Positions 1-6,672 of a stretch of 10,009 bases of DNA are shown piece by piece. Source of the DNA: Candidatus Eiseniibacteriota bacterium (lineage in GTDB: Bacteria > Eisenbacteria > RBG-16-71-46 > CAZAMP01); the NCBI GenBank assembly GCA_965224245.1, contig CBDCYW010000018.1, positions 1 through 10,009 on the forward strand, read 5' to 3'. Each line of letters opens with the position of its first letter. Position 1 is the stretch's first letter. The notes beneath the pieces are model-generated. The model searched no databases. It saw only the letters and a list, made by a program, of their open reading frames with translations, and was not told where the DNA came from. A program made the position numbers and the translations under genes.

Positions 1-222
1 TTGCCGCGCATTCTGCCCCCCATGGTTGGCATCACGTTCTTCCAGCCTTGGATGATTGCTCCAAACGGGGAGCATGCGGGCGGCGAAACCCGTTCGCCGA
101 GGACGCCCACAGCCCACCTACATCAAGGCCCAGCCAGACAGTATAGTGGACTTATTGGGAGTTCGGGAGGGTGCGATAAGGCGGCTTTGCGCACCCATCG
201 GTGTACCACGGTGCTGCTCGCC

Positions 223-483
223 TCAGCGCTTCGGCGGTCTCCCCGGCCTCGGCCGAACGCCGTGGTCCGGGAACGGCTCGCCGGAGTTGTGCTTCCGTTC
301 GAGCCGCGCGCACTCCCGCGCGAGCGCCTCCGCTGCGAACCCTGAAATGGTAGCGAACTCGGGCGGACCCTGGAGCGAAATCACCGTCCGCCGGACGCGC
401 TCGATGAGATCCCGGTCGAGTTGAGCGGTGAACCGCTCCCTGGCCGGCCGGGCCGGCTCGGCTACTCTCTTCCCCTTCGCCAT
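223..483 (-). CDS. Small ribbon-helix-helix DNA-binding protein, ParB C-terminal (pCXC100-type)-like, 86 aa
   Basis: Likely start is the internal ATG (MAKGKR...) at 483-481, overlapping the recombinase stop as TGATG. RFTAQLDRDLIERVRRTV...ISGFAAEALARECARLERKHNSGEPFP...PGRP resembles the strand-helix-helix plus 'LE..yN.G.pFp...GRp' pattern of RHH centromere-binding proteins. Confidence 0.7.
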   Translation of the reverse strand: MAKGKRVAEPARPARERFTAQLDRDLIERVRRTVISLQGPPEFATISGFAAEALARECARLERKHNSGEPFPDHGVRPRPGRPPKR

Positions 484-1421
484 CAGGACGCCTCCCCGGC
501 CACGAGCGCTGCGACGGCCCCCCCCAGATCGGTCCGGTTGTCGTCGTAGATGGCCACGGTCCGCACGTCGCGATGGCGGGAAAAGACCGCGACGTTCCTG
601 ACGTTTCCCCCGGTGACGTCGAGCGCGGCCGTGATCGCGGCATGCCGGAGTCCGTGAGGCCGAACCTTGCCGAGCCCGGCGGCCTTGGCCACGCGGGCCA
701 CGAGCGCCGCAACGCTCTTCCCCGAAAGCCGCATGCCCCGGCTCGCGCGATCGAGGGCGATGAACGCGGCCCCCTCGGCCTCGTGTACGTCGAACCACGC
801 GGCGAGCGCGGCGATGGTCGGAGCGGGGAGCGTGAGGGTCTGGCGCTCGGTGCGGCCCTTGCCGAGCACGGCCACGGTGCCCGCTTCGAGGTCGATATCG
901 GCGCGATCGAGGCGCGTCACCTCGGCGCGGCGCAGCCCGAGGTCGAACAGCAAGCGCAGGATAGCCCGGTCACGACGCACGAGCGGCCTGTCGGACATCC
1001 CATCCAGGGCTGTGAGCATCGCCCGGAAGCCCGAGACGCCCGGTCCGCGCGTGTCTCGGTACTTCTGAGACTTCACGCTCTCGACGTCGAGCGCCCACGA
1101 GACCACGCCCACCGTGCGGGCAAGCTTGACGACCGAGCGGAGCGCTGCGAGCCGGCGGTTGATTGTCGCCGGCGAGAGCCCAGTCTCGATCATGTGAGCG
1201 CGCCAAGCGTGCGCAACTGCGTTCGCCGCACCGTGCCCACGGGAGAGAAGCGCGCCGACGGCCGCGTCCGGATCGGGAGCGTCGACGAACCGGGCGAAAT
1301 CGAGCAAGTCTGAATGATAGGCGCGGCGGGTCGCCTTGGTGCGTCCGGCCAGGAACGCGGCCACGAGCGTATCGCGGGACGGGAGTGCAAGAGCGATATC
1401 GGTGACGGTGGTAAGCGACAT
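483..1421 (-). CDS. Tyrosine recombinase (XerC/phage integrase family), 312 aa
   Basis: Full catalytic set: RDRAILRLLFDLGLRRAEV (R), VLGKG (K), HGLRH (H-x-x-R), SRH (H), AIYD (Y). N-terminal core-binding domain (TRRAYHSDL...SPATINRRLAALRS). SD AAAGGGG 6 nt before ATG. Confidence 0.95.
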   Translation of the reverse strand: MSLTTVTDIALALPSRDTLVAAFLAGRTKATRRAYHSDLLDFARFVDAPDPDAAVGALLSRGHGAANAVAHAWRAHMIETGLSPATINRRLAALRSVVKLARTVGVVSWALDVESVKSQKYRDTRGPGVSGFRAMLTALDGMSDRPLVRRDRAILRLLFDLGLRRAEVTRLDRADIDLEAGTVAVLGKGRTERQTLTLPAPTIAALAAWFDVHEAEGAAFIALDRASRGMRLSGKSVAALVARVAKAAGLGKVRPHGLRHAAITAALDVTGGNVRNVAVFSRHRDVRTVAIYDDNRTDLGGAVAALVAGEAS

Positions 1422-1493
1422 CGGGAACCCCTTTGTTGGCGACCCTAGGGGAATACTAGCTATAATACTCCCATTAGGTCAAATCGGTTCCCG
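1422..1493. repeat. Nested imperfect inverted repeat upstream of the recombinase (candidate recombination site or operator)
   Basis: Outer arms CGGGAACC (1422-1429) / GGTTCCCG (1486-1493). Inner 18-bp arms GACCCTAGGGGAATACTA (1441-1458) / TAATACTCCCATTAGGTC (1463-1480) match at 13/18. Confidence 0.65.
1453..1482 (-). promoter_or_regulatory. Putative sigma70 promoter of the recombinase-RHH operon
   Basis: Minus strand TTGACC (1482-1477), 18-nt spacer, TAGTAT (1458-1453), about 30 nt before the ATG. Confidence 0.5.
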
Positions 1494-1501
1494 TTTGTTT
1501 C

Positions 1502-1865
1502 TCAATCGATGCCGGCGAGCCCCGAAGGCGCCGAACCCGCTTCCGCCGCTTCCCCGGACAGTAGGGCCGCCAGTTCAAGACGATCCGCTGCCAGACGATC
1601 GGGTGAAGAAGCGTCAAGCGCGTTTCGGTCGTACTCGATGACGACATGGGCTATCCCTGTCTGGTGAACCTGCTGGGACGGCCGGCCGTAGGCCGTATCG
1701 CGCAACAGTGCGATTGCCGGAAGCGCTCCCGGTAACGGCAGCCCCGTCTGTGGGTGCGTCGCACTAGCCAGCCGGACGAGGTTTTCGGGCGATCCGCTGG
1801 GCGTACGTGTGGCCGTCTTCGGTCACTTCGTCGAGCGCGGCGCGCATGGCCTCAGAGAGTGTCAT
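1502..1865 (-). pseudogene. Frameshifted terminase small subunit-like / DUF5681-like protein (about 120 aa if repaired)
   Basis: ATG at 1865 overlaps the HTH gene stop (ATGA). It reads MTLSEAMRAALDEVTEDGHTYAQRIAR then stops early. Removing one base from the A4 run (T at 1782-1785 on +) continues NLVRLAS...PAIALLRDTAYGRPSQQV..., joining the 1502-1705 ORF and giving the 'A..IA..LV..A...AI..L.D...G+P.Q' pattern. Confidence 0.55.
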
Positions 1866-2095
1866 GGAGTCGGCCTCCCAGCGTCCGTGCCCAGATCACC
1901 ATTGAACGCGCGGGCCATATCGATGATCGCCGAGACGAATGATCGGGACACTCGCCAGTCCCCGCGCGGCCCGGTCGGCTGGAAACCTAGTAGCACTCCC
2001 CGCTCACACAGGCGTCGCACGTATCGCTGGGACACGCCGAGGAGTTCGGCCACTTCTCGTGTCGTGAGCGTCTCGGTCTTGAGCGTTCGCTTCAT
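1862..2095 (-). CDS. Excisionase-like helix-turn-helix protein (HTH_17/MerR-like), 77 aa
   Basis: LTTREVAELLGVSQRYVRRLCERGVL...GDWRV is a typical Xis-type winged HTH; SD AGGGG upstream. Confidence 0.88.
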   Translation of the reverse strand: MKRTLKTETLTTREVAELLGVSQRYVRRLCERGVLLGFQPTGPRGDWRVSRSFVSAIIDMARAFNGDLGTDAGRPTP

Positions 2096-2125
2096 CGTCG
2101 GTCCCCTGTTGGGTACATAGGCAAA

Positions 2126-2167
2126 AGACTACTAAACGGAGACAATCGGAGCAATCGGAACAATCGG
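2126..2167 (-). promoter_or_regulatory. Putative promoter of the Xis-like gene overlapped by three 9-bp-period repeats
   Basis: CAATCGG at 2143, 2152 and 2161. Minus strand -35 TTGCTC (2154-2149), 17-nt spacer, -10 TAGTCT (2131-2126). Confidence 0.55.
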
Positions 2168-2212
2168 CACCGTGAATGCAGGCAATAGCAGGGCGCGGCG
2201 GTCGGACTACAG

Positions 2213-3085
2213 TCACGCTGGCCTTGCGAACGCCTTCGTCAATAGCTCCACGAGGACGTCTTTCTGCCTCATCGTCTCGCCCTTCGCGAGACGAATTCTG
2301 TAGCGTCCCCAACGGGAGTCGTAGTCCATCACATCCAGGCCAGCGTCGTCCAGACGCGCCTGCGTCTCATCCGAGCGTTCCAGCCGTACCTCCAGCCGAA
2401 GCCAGTCTTTCTTCGGGCGGAAAACGACGAAGTTGTTCGGATGTCCGTTCTTCGCGAGACCAATGTAGAACTTGTTGTACTTCAGCTCTAGGTCGGGGTC
2501 GAGGCCACGGACGACTTCGAGCATCTCGTCGGTCATTGCCAAGGTGTGCTTGCTCGCGCGCCCTTCCCAGTAGGCCCGGTCCGTCACCGCTTGGACTTCC
2601 TCATCATCATCCACGAGGCCGAGCTTCAACTCATCGAGCACCGTCGAGCAGATGAGCGAAACGGTGTCGCCCAGCCGGATCGCGCTCAGTTGGATGGCGA
2701 CGAGCGGGATTGCGCCATTGAAAAGACCGATGACGTTGAGGAAGCGGCTCGTGATGTCCTCAGCCACGATCACTGCCGTGTGATCGTATTGAGGGTAGCG
2801 CTTCCGTTCCAGGTCCCAGTATTCGATCGTACGAATAATGTGCGACTCGTCCGTCTTGCCGAGTTGAACCTCGACCTCGTAGCGCTTGTCCGTTTCTGCG
2901 TCTTGAAGGAGAAGATCAAGCCGACCAGCTCGCGGCTGCGGCCTCTCTCGGTCCTTGAGAACCAGATCTCCAAGACCGAGCAGCCCCGGATCTTCACCGA
3001 TCCGGTCTTGAAGCCATCTCTCATCTAGCTCCGGATGAGCCTTCAACCAAATGCGTTCTGGTTTCGAGTACTTCAACGGGGCCAT
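2213..3085 (-). CDS. NucS/DUF91-like PD-(D/E)xK nuclease domain with probable DUF5655-like C-terminal domain, 290 aa
   Basis: E.WLQ..I..DP..LGLG.L...RE....GRLDLLL......YEVEVQLG.TDESHIIRTIEYW is a NucS-like fold with an E-x-Q variant motif. C-terminal LKYNKFYIGL...NFVVFRPKK region. SD GGAGG 5 nt before ATG. Confidence 0.8.
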   Translation of the reverse strand: MAPLKYSKPERIWLKAHPELDERWLQDRIGEDPGLLGLGDLVLKDRERPQPRAGRLDLLLQDAETDKRYEVEVQLGKTDESHIIRTIEYWDLERKRYPQYDHTAVIVAEDITSRFLNVIGLFNGAIPLVAIQLSAIRLGDTVSLICSTVLDELKLGLVDDDEEVQAVTDRAYWEGRASKHTLAMTDEMLEVVRGLDPDLELKYNKFYIGLAKNGHPNNFVVFRPKKDWLRLEVRLERSDETQARLDDAGLDVMDYDSRWGRYRIRLAKGETMRQKDVLVELLTKAFARPA

Positions 3086-3309
3086 GCGATCCTCCGATCC
3101 TGTCTACACTGTCTTGGGGCTCCCGTAACACGACAAACAAATCGACGGCCTAGAACAGTTACCACGCACTTCGGGTAGGTAACACAACCCCTCAAGCTGA
3201 TGGCACGAGTCTCGTCCACGAGAAGCGCGACAAATCGAAGGTCAAGCGACCAATCGGCACAATCGCAATCCCCGTCGGGGCAGCGCCCAAAACCGAACTA
3301 CTGGCCGCG

Positions 3310-4104
3310 CTATTGGGCAGAAGGCTCAGCGGTCGACGGCCAGAGACGGTCCGCCCTCGCGTCCATTGGATGGTACTGCGCAACCCATATCTCATCGAAG
3401 CTCGGCCGAGTCTCGATTAGTCCTGTTTTGATGCGAGCCAAAACGCCATCGTCGTAGTCAGAATTGTCACAGTGCACTAGCAGCACTACGCCGGACGCTG
3501 GACCATAGCTTTCGATCTTCTTGCGTATCGTCGCAAGAACTCGAACTTCGGTGCGGACGACGCCTTTGCCGCCGCACCCAAACGACCAGGTGACGTCGTT
3601 CGGCAGAGTGAGATCACGCAACCCGTAGACTCGAAGCTGCGAAAACGCGGGCCGGAGCAGCCCATCGATAAACCTTGCATCTTCGGTGTCGTGTAGGAGC
3701 TTGGCTGACATAGTCTGTGGTGTCGCCGTACGTTGTATTGCGAATTGCGTGGCTTCGCAAAGCCGTGCCTTTGCTGTTTGCTTGCCTTTGGAACCCGGCA
3801 GTTCTAGCAGGCGGAACTGAATGTAGTGCCCACCGTGGCCCATCTCGGCAAGATCGCGCTCGATGGCACTGCGGCAATCGTCGAGAAAGGCTCTCGCCCG
3901 CCGCTCTCGTTCATCGCCAGACTCCGCTCGCACGTGCTGAACTTGAAGTGATCTCCCGTCATCCGACGCGACTTCCCAATCCGCGATGTGATTGCGGATT
4001 TCAGTGACGCTGTCCGCTCGAAAGCTCGTGCTGTGAAGTGCGTTGTAGCGCGGCAGGAAGACCGCCAACACTCGATCACGCACGTCTGCCGTGGGTTCTG
4101 CCAA
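3310..4104 (-). CDS. Hypothetical protein with possible restriction-endonuclease-like fold, 264 aa; 5' end hit by IS3
   Basis: The first part of the 388-aa track ORF lies inside the IS and is spurious. Plausible TTG start at 4104 (MAEPTADV...). ADWEVASDDGRSLQVQHVRA resembles a D-x(n)-(E/Q)xx catalytic strand pair; C-terminal IRKKIESY...VLLVH...FDEIWV...LWP. Confidence 0.6.
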   Translation of the reverse strand: MAEPTADVRDRVLAVFLPRYNALHSTSFRADSVTEIRNHIADWEVASDDGRSLQVQHVRAESGDERERRARAFLDDCRSAIERDLAEMGHGGHYIQFRLLELPGSKGKQTAKARLCEATQFAIQRTATPQTMSAKLLHDTEDARFIDGLLRPAFSQLRVYGLRDLTLPNDVTWSFGCGGKGVVRTEVRVLATIRKKIESYGPASGVVLLVHCDNSDYDDGVLARIKTGLIETRPSFDEIWVAQYHPMDARADRLWPSTAEPSAQ

Positions 4105-4169
4105 GGCAACCTTGGAGTTGACCCGGTTTCGTGGACACCGAACCACTACAATGTGGCCAGGAGGTCCCG

Positions 4170-4484
4170 ATGCCAAGATCCCGTCGATCGTACCCGCCAG
4201 AGTTCCGCGAGCAGATGGTCGCACTCGTCCGATCGGGGCGGAGTCCCGAGTCGCTGGCGGAGGAGTATGAGCCCTCCGCGGCGGCCATCCGGAACTGGGC
4301 CAAGCAGGCCGACCTCGACGAGGGTCGTCGCCACGACGGCCTGACGTCCGAGGAGCGCGAAGAGCTCTCTCGCTTGCGCCGCGAGAACCGTGAGCTTCGC
4401 GAAGAGCGAGAGATCCTAAAAAAAGCCGCGGCCTGGTTCGCTCGGGAGACCGAGTCGAACCCGTCGAAGCGTTCACGTTCGTGA
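4170..4484 (+). CDS. IS3-family transposase OrfA (HTH + leucine zipper), 104 aa
   Basis: AGGAGG then ATG at 4170: MPRSRRSYPPEFREQMV...IRNWAKQ...ELSRLRRENRELREEREILKKAAAWFARE. Confidence 0.95.
   Translation: MPRSRRSYPPEFREQMVALVRSGRSPESLAEEYEPSAAAIRNWAKQADLDEGRRHDGLTSEEREELSRLRRENRELREEREILKKAAAWFARETESNPSKRSRS
4418..4425 (+). promoter_or_regulatory. Programmed -1 ribosomal frameshift site (A7G) for the OrfAB fusion
   Basis: CTA AAA AAA GCC in the OrfA frame. The -1 frame is open from here into OrfB (SRGLVRSGDRVEPVEAFTFVKANR). Standard IS3 mechanism. Confidence 0.85.
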
Positions 4485-5332
4485 AGGCGAACCGGGCCGA
4501 TCATGCGGTGGCCACGATGTGTCGGGTGCTGGAAGTCTCCACCAGCGGGTACTACGCGTGGAAGAAGCGGTCGCCGAGTCGTCGGTCGCTCGAAGATCAA
4601 GAACTCCTGGCGGAGATCGAGGCCGTTCACACGATGTCGAAAGGAACCTACGGCGTTCCCCGCATCCATGCCGAGCTCACCGACAATGGTCGTGCCGTGG
4701 GCCGCAAGCGCATCCGTCGACTGATGCTGGTGAAGGGCCTGCGAGGCGTGAGCCGGCGGGCACGACGTCGGACGACGGTGCGCGGCGACGGGTCGCCATC
4801 GCTCGATCTGGTGCAGCGCAGGTTCGAGGCGACCGGACCGGACGAGCTCTGGGTGGCGGACATCACGTACATCCCCACGTGGGCCGGCTTCCTGTTCCTG
4901 GCCGTGGTTCTCGACGCCTGGAGTCGCCGGATCGTGGGCTGGGCGATGGCTAACCATCTCCGCACCGAACTCGTGCTCGAGGCGCTCGAAATGGCGCTTC
5001 ACCGGCGGCGGCCAGAGAACGTGATCCATCACTCCGATCAGGGGTGTCAGTACACGTCCTACGCCTTCGGGCGGCGGTGCCGCGAGGCCGGCGTTCGGCC
5101 GTCGATGGGATCGGTCGGGGACTGCTACGACAACGCCATGTGTGAGAGCTTCTTTGCCACGCTGGAGTGTGAGCTCCTGGAGCGGACGACCTTCCGCAAC
5201 CGGACCGATGCGCGCCGCGAGCTCTTCCAGTTCATCGAGGGGTGGTACAATCGACATCGTCGACACTCGGCGCTCGGGTATCGCTCACCGTCACGCTTCG
5301 AACGGGAGAGCCGGGAGGCGATCCCTAGTTGA
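4481..5332 (+). CDS. IS3-family transposase OrfB (DDE integrase core), 283 aa
   Basis: WVADITY (D), HHSDQGCQYTS (D), DNAMCESFFATL (E), YN..RRHSALGY.SP; GTGA overlap with the orfA stop. Confidence 0.97.
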   Translation: MKANRADHAVATMCRVLEVSTSGYYAWKKRSPSRRSLEDQELLAEIEAVHTMSKGTYGVPRIHAELTDNGRAVGRKRIRRLMLVKGLRGVSRRARRRTTVRGDGSPSLDLVQRRFEATGPDELWVADITYIPTWAGFLFLAVVLDAWSRRIVGWAMANHLRTELVLEALEMALHRRRPENVIHHSDQGCQYTSYAFGRRCREAGVRPSMGSVGDCYDNAMCESFFATLECELLERTTFRNRTDARRELFQFIEGWYNRHRRHSALGYRSPSRFERESREAIPS

Positions 5333-5396
5333 AAACCGTCCACGGAAGCGGGTCAACTCCAACCTCGCCTTCCTCAGTCTGGTGTTCCGACAACGG

Positions 5397-6062
5397 CTAA
5401 GGAGCCAGCGTGACCTTGGCCGTCGCCTCGAAGCCATCATCCGCTCGAAGCGTCGCCAGGTACACGCCCGGAGCGACAAGCCCGCCGTCGGCGTCGCGTC
5501 CGTCCCACGTCACGGCGAAATGATCGACGGCGACGGTGCCGACTCGGATCTCTCGCACGAGCCGGCCGTCGGTCGAGTAGATCGAGACGGCCGCGTCTCG
5601 GAGCGCCTGACCGGTCTCGAAGTCGATCCGTGTGGATTGTGCGAACGGGTTGGGAACCGCTAGGCCACGTTCACCGCTCGCCGGTGGCGACGATGGGACG
5701 CCAATCGGATAACCCGGATAGGCGCCCATGTTTGTCCAGTCCCCGGGGCCATACGTGCCGATCCTCCAACCGACTCCATCGGTCGTCAGAATGGCCAGCA
5801 TCGTCCAGTACTCCATCTCAGAGACGGCGACAGGCCATCCGTATCCGGGTATGTCGAGTTCGATCCAACCCGAGTACAACTGCTGCCAGATGCGTCCATT
5901 CAGGTCGAGGTACACCGGCCAATCCTCTTGGCCCGGTATGTGGGACTTGGCAACCAGCCCCGAGGGACTCTGCAAATCGACTCGGCCAGCGATCGACGTG
6001 GCCGGTGTCACCAGGGCGAGCACGCCCACGGCAACCGCGAGAGACCTGGCGGACCAGCGCAT
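5397..6062 (-). CDS. Secreted protein with C-terminal FlgD-Ig / T9SS-sorting-like domain, 221 aa
   Basis: Signal peptide MRWSARSLAVAVGVLALVTPATSIA. C-terminal PNPF...T.I.F...VSIY..DGRLVR...VTWDGRD..G..VAPGVY...L...KV motif. SD AAAGGGG. Confidence 0.85.
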   Translation of the reverse strand: MRWSARSLAVAVGVLALVTPATSIAGRVDLQSPSGLVAKSHIPGQEDWPVYLDLNGRIWQQLYSGWIELDIPGYGWPVAVSEMEYWTMLAILTTDGVGWRIGTYGPGDWTNMGAYPGYPIGVPSSPPASGERGLAVPNPFAQSTRIDFETGQALRDAAVSIYSTDGRLVREIRVGTVAVDHFAVTWDGRDADGGLVAPGVYLATLRADDGFEATAKVTLAP

Positions 6063-6258
6063 CGCTTCCCCTTTGGTTTGGAGTGGTCCGGTGAGTCTAC
6101 CGCCGATCCCCTGCCAGGCCCGTTCAAACTAGCGGGCCGGCGCGGGACGCCGAGAGCGCATAAACGCGGGCCGATCCGACCTACGGGTCACGTTGACCCA
6201 CGAACGTCGCTCTGAGCGCCCGGCGCGCATGCTGACAGCCATCGCCGTGGGCCCCCGA

Positions 6259-6441
6259 CTAAGTCGGTGGAGGTGTGACCTTGGCATCCGCCGACCGGTG
6301 TAGCGCCGCCTGCGCGAGTCGCGCGTTTATGGCGAACCAGCATGCCAGCCCCACAAGGGTCGGGCCTGCGGTGGCGGCGCTCATCGACACCAACCCGCCG
6401 AACGCGAACAGTACGCCGATTGCTGCTAGCAGTACGACCAT
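6259..6441 (-). CDS. Small two-helix membrane protein, 60 aa
   Basis: GGAGG 4 nt before ATG; two hydrophobic segments (VVLLAAIGVLFAFGGLVSM and PTLVGLACWFAINA). Confidence 0.65.
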   Translation of the reverse strand: MVVLLAAIGVLFAFGGLVSMSAATAGPTLVGLACWFAINARLAQAALHRSADAKVTPPPT

Positions 6442-6592
6442 TGGTCCTCCGGGGGTTCTTCGCCGTGGCGCTTAAGAACGTCGTAACAGTTCATCAATGA
6501 GACGGGGTAGGCACCCTGGCGCGCCTGCTGGTGGCTCGGGGACGCCAATCACGCCGCCGGGCGGCCCGCCCCCCTAAGCGTGACAGTGACAA

Positions 6593-6610
6593 GAGCCCCC
6601 CTTTGGGGCT
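6593..6610 (-). terminator. Possible weak terminator hairpin after the 6673-7380 gene
   Basis: Minus strand AGCCCC-AAAGGG-GGGCT stem followed only by CTTGT, a poor U-tract. Confidence 0.3.
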
Positions 6611-6672
6611 GGCCGCGCCCTGCGGGGGAGGCCCCACAGCGCGAAGGAAACTGCCACTCCAGGGGAGATCCT

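Larger units (their letters stand above)
4113..5361 (+). mobile_element. IS3-family insertion sequence, 1249 bp, apparently intact
   Basis: TG...CA ends. IRL TGGAGTTGACCCGGTTTCGTGGAC (4113-4136) and IRR GTCCACGGAAGCGGGTCAACTCCA (5338-5361) match 22/24. 4-bp target duplication ACCT at 4109-4112 and 5362-5365. orfA/orfB layout. Confidence 0.97.

Noticed and set aside
81-196. Hairpins CGGCGAA/TTCGCCG (81-99) and GGGTGCG/CGCACCC (169-196) as terminator, tRNA fragment or att site
   Set aside because: No U-tract, no tRNA motifs and no second copy in the window; cannot be assigned without flanking sequence.
484-798. N-terminal extension of the 191-aa ORF 223..798
   Set aside because: Overlaps the recombinase in another frame and is Arg/Gly-rich noise; the coupled ATG at 483 is the better start.
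2004-2312. 102-aa ORF with CSDCSDC, a possible metal-binding motif
   Set aside because: The Cys pattern is just the translation of the 9-bp CAATCGG repeats, and the ORF overlaps two better genes.
3125-3185. GTAACAC direct repeats (3125, 3179) and GTTACC/GGTAAC inverted pair upstream of the NucS-like gene
   Set aside because: Possibly an operator, but too short and irregular to support a call.
4105-4476. N-terminal 124 aa of the 388-aa ORF 3310..4476
   Set aside because: Lies almost entirely inside the IS3 element, antisense to orfA; a chance open frame through IRL.
4076-5266. 396-aa minus-strand ORF
   Set aside because: Antisense shadow of the IS3 transposase, common in GC-rich IS3 elements.
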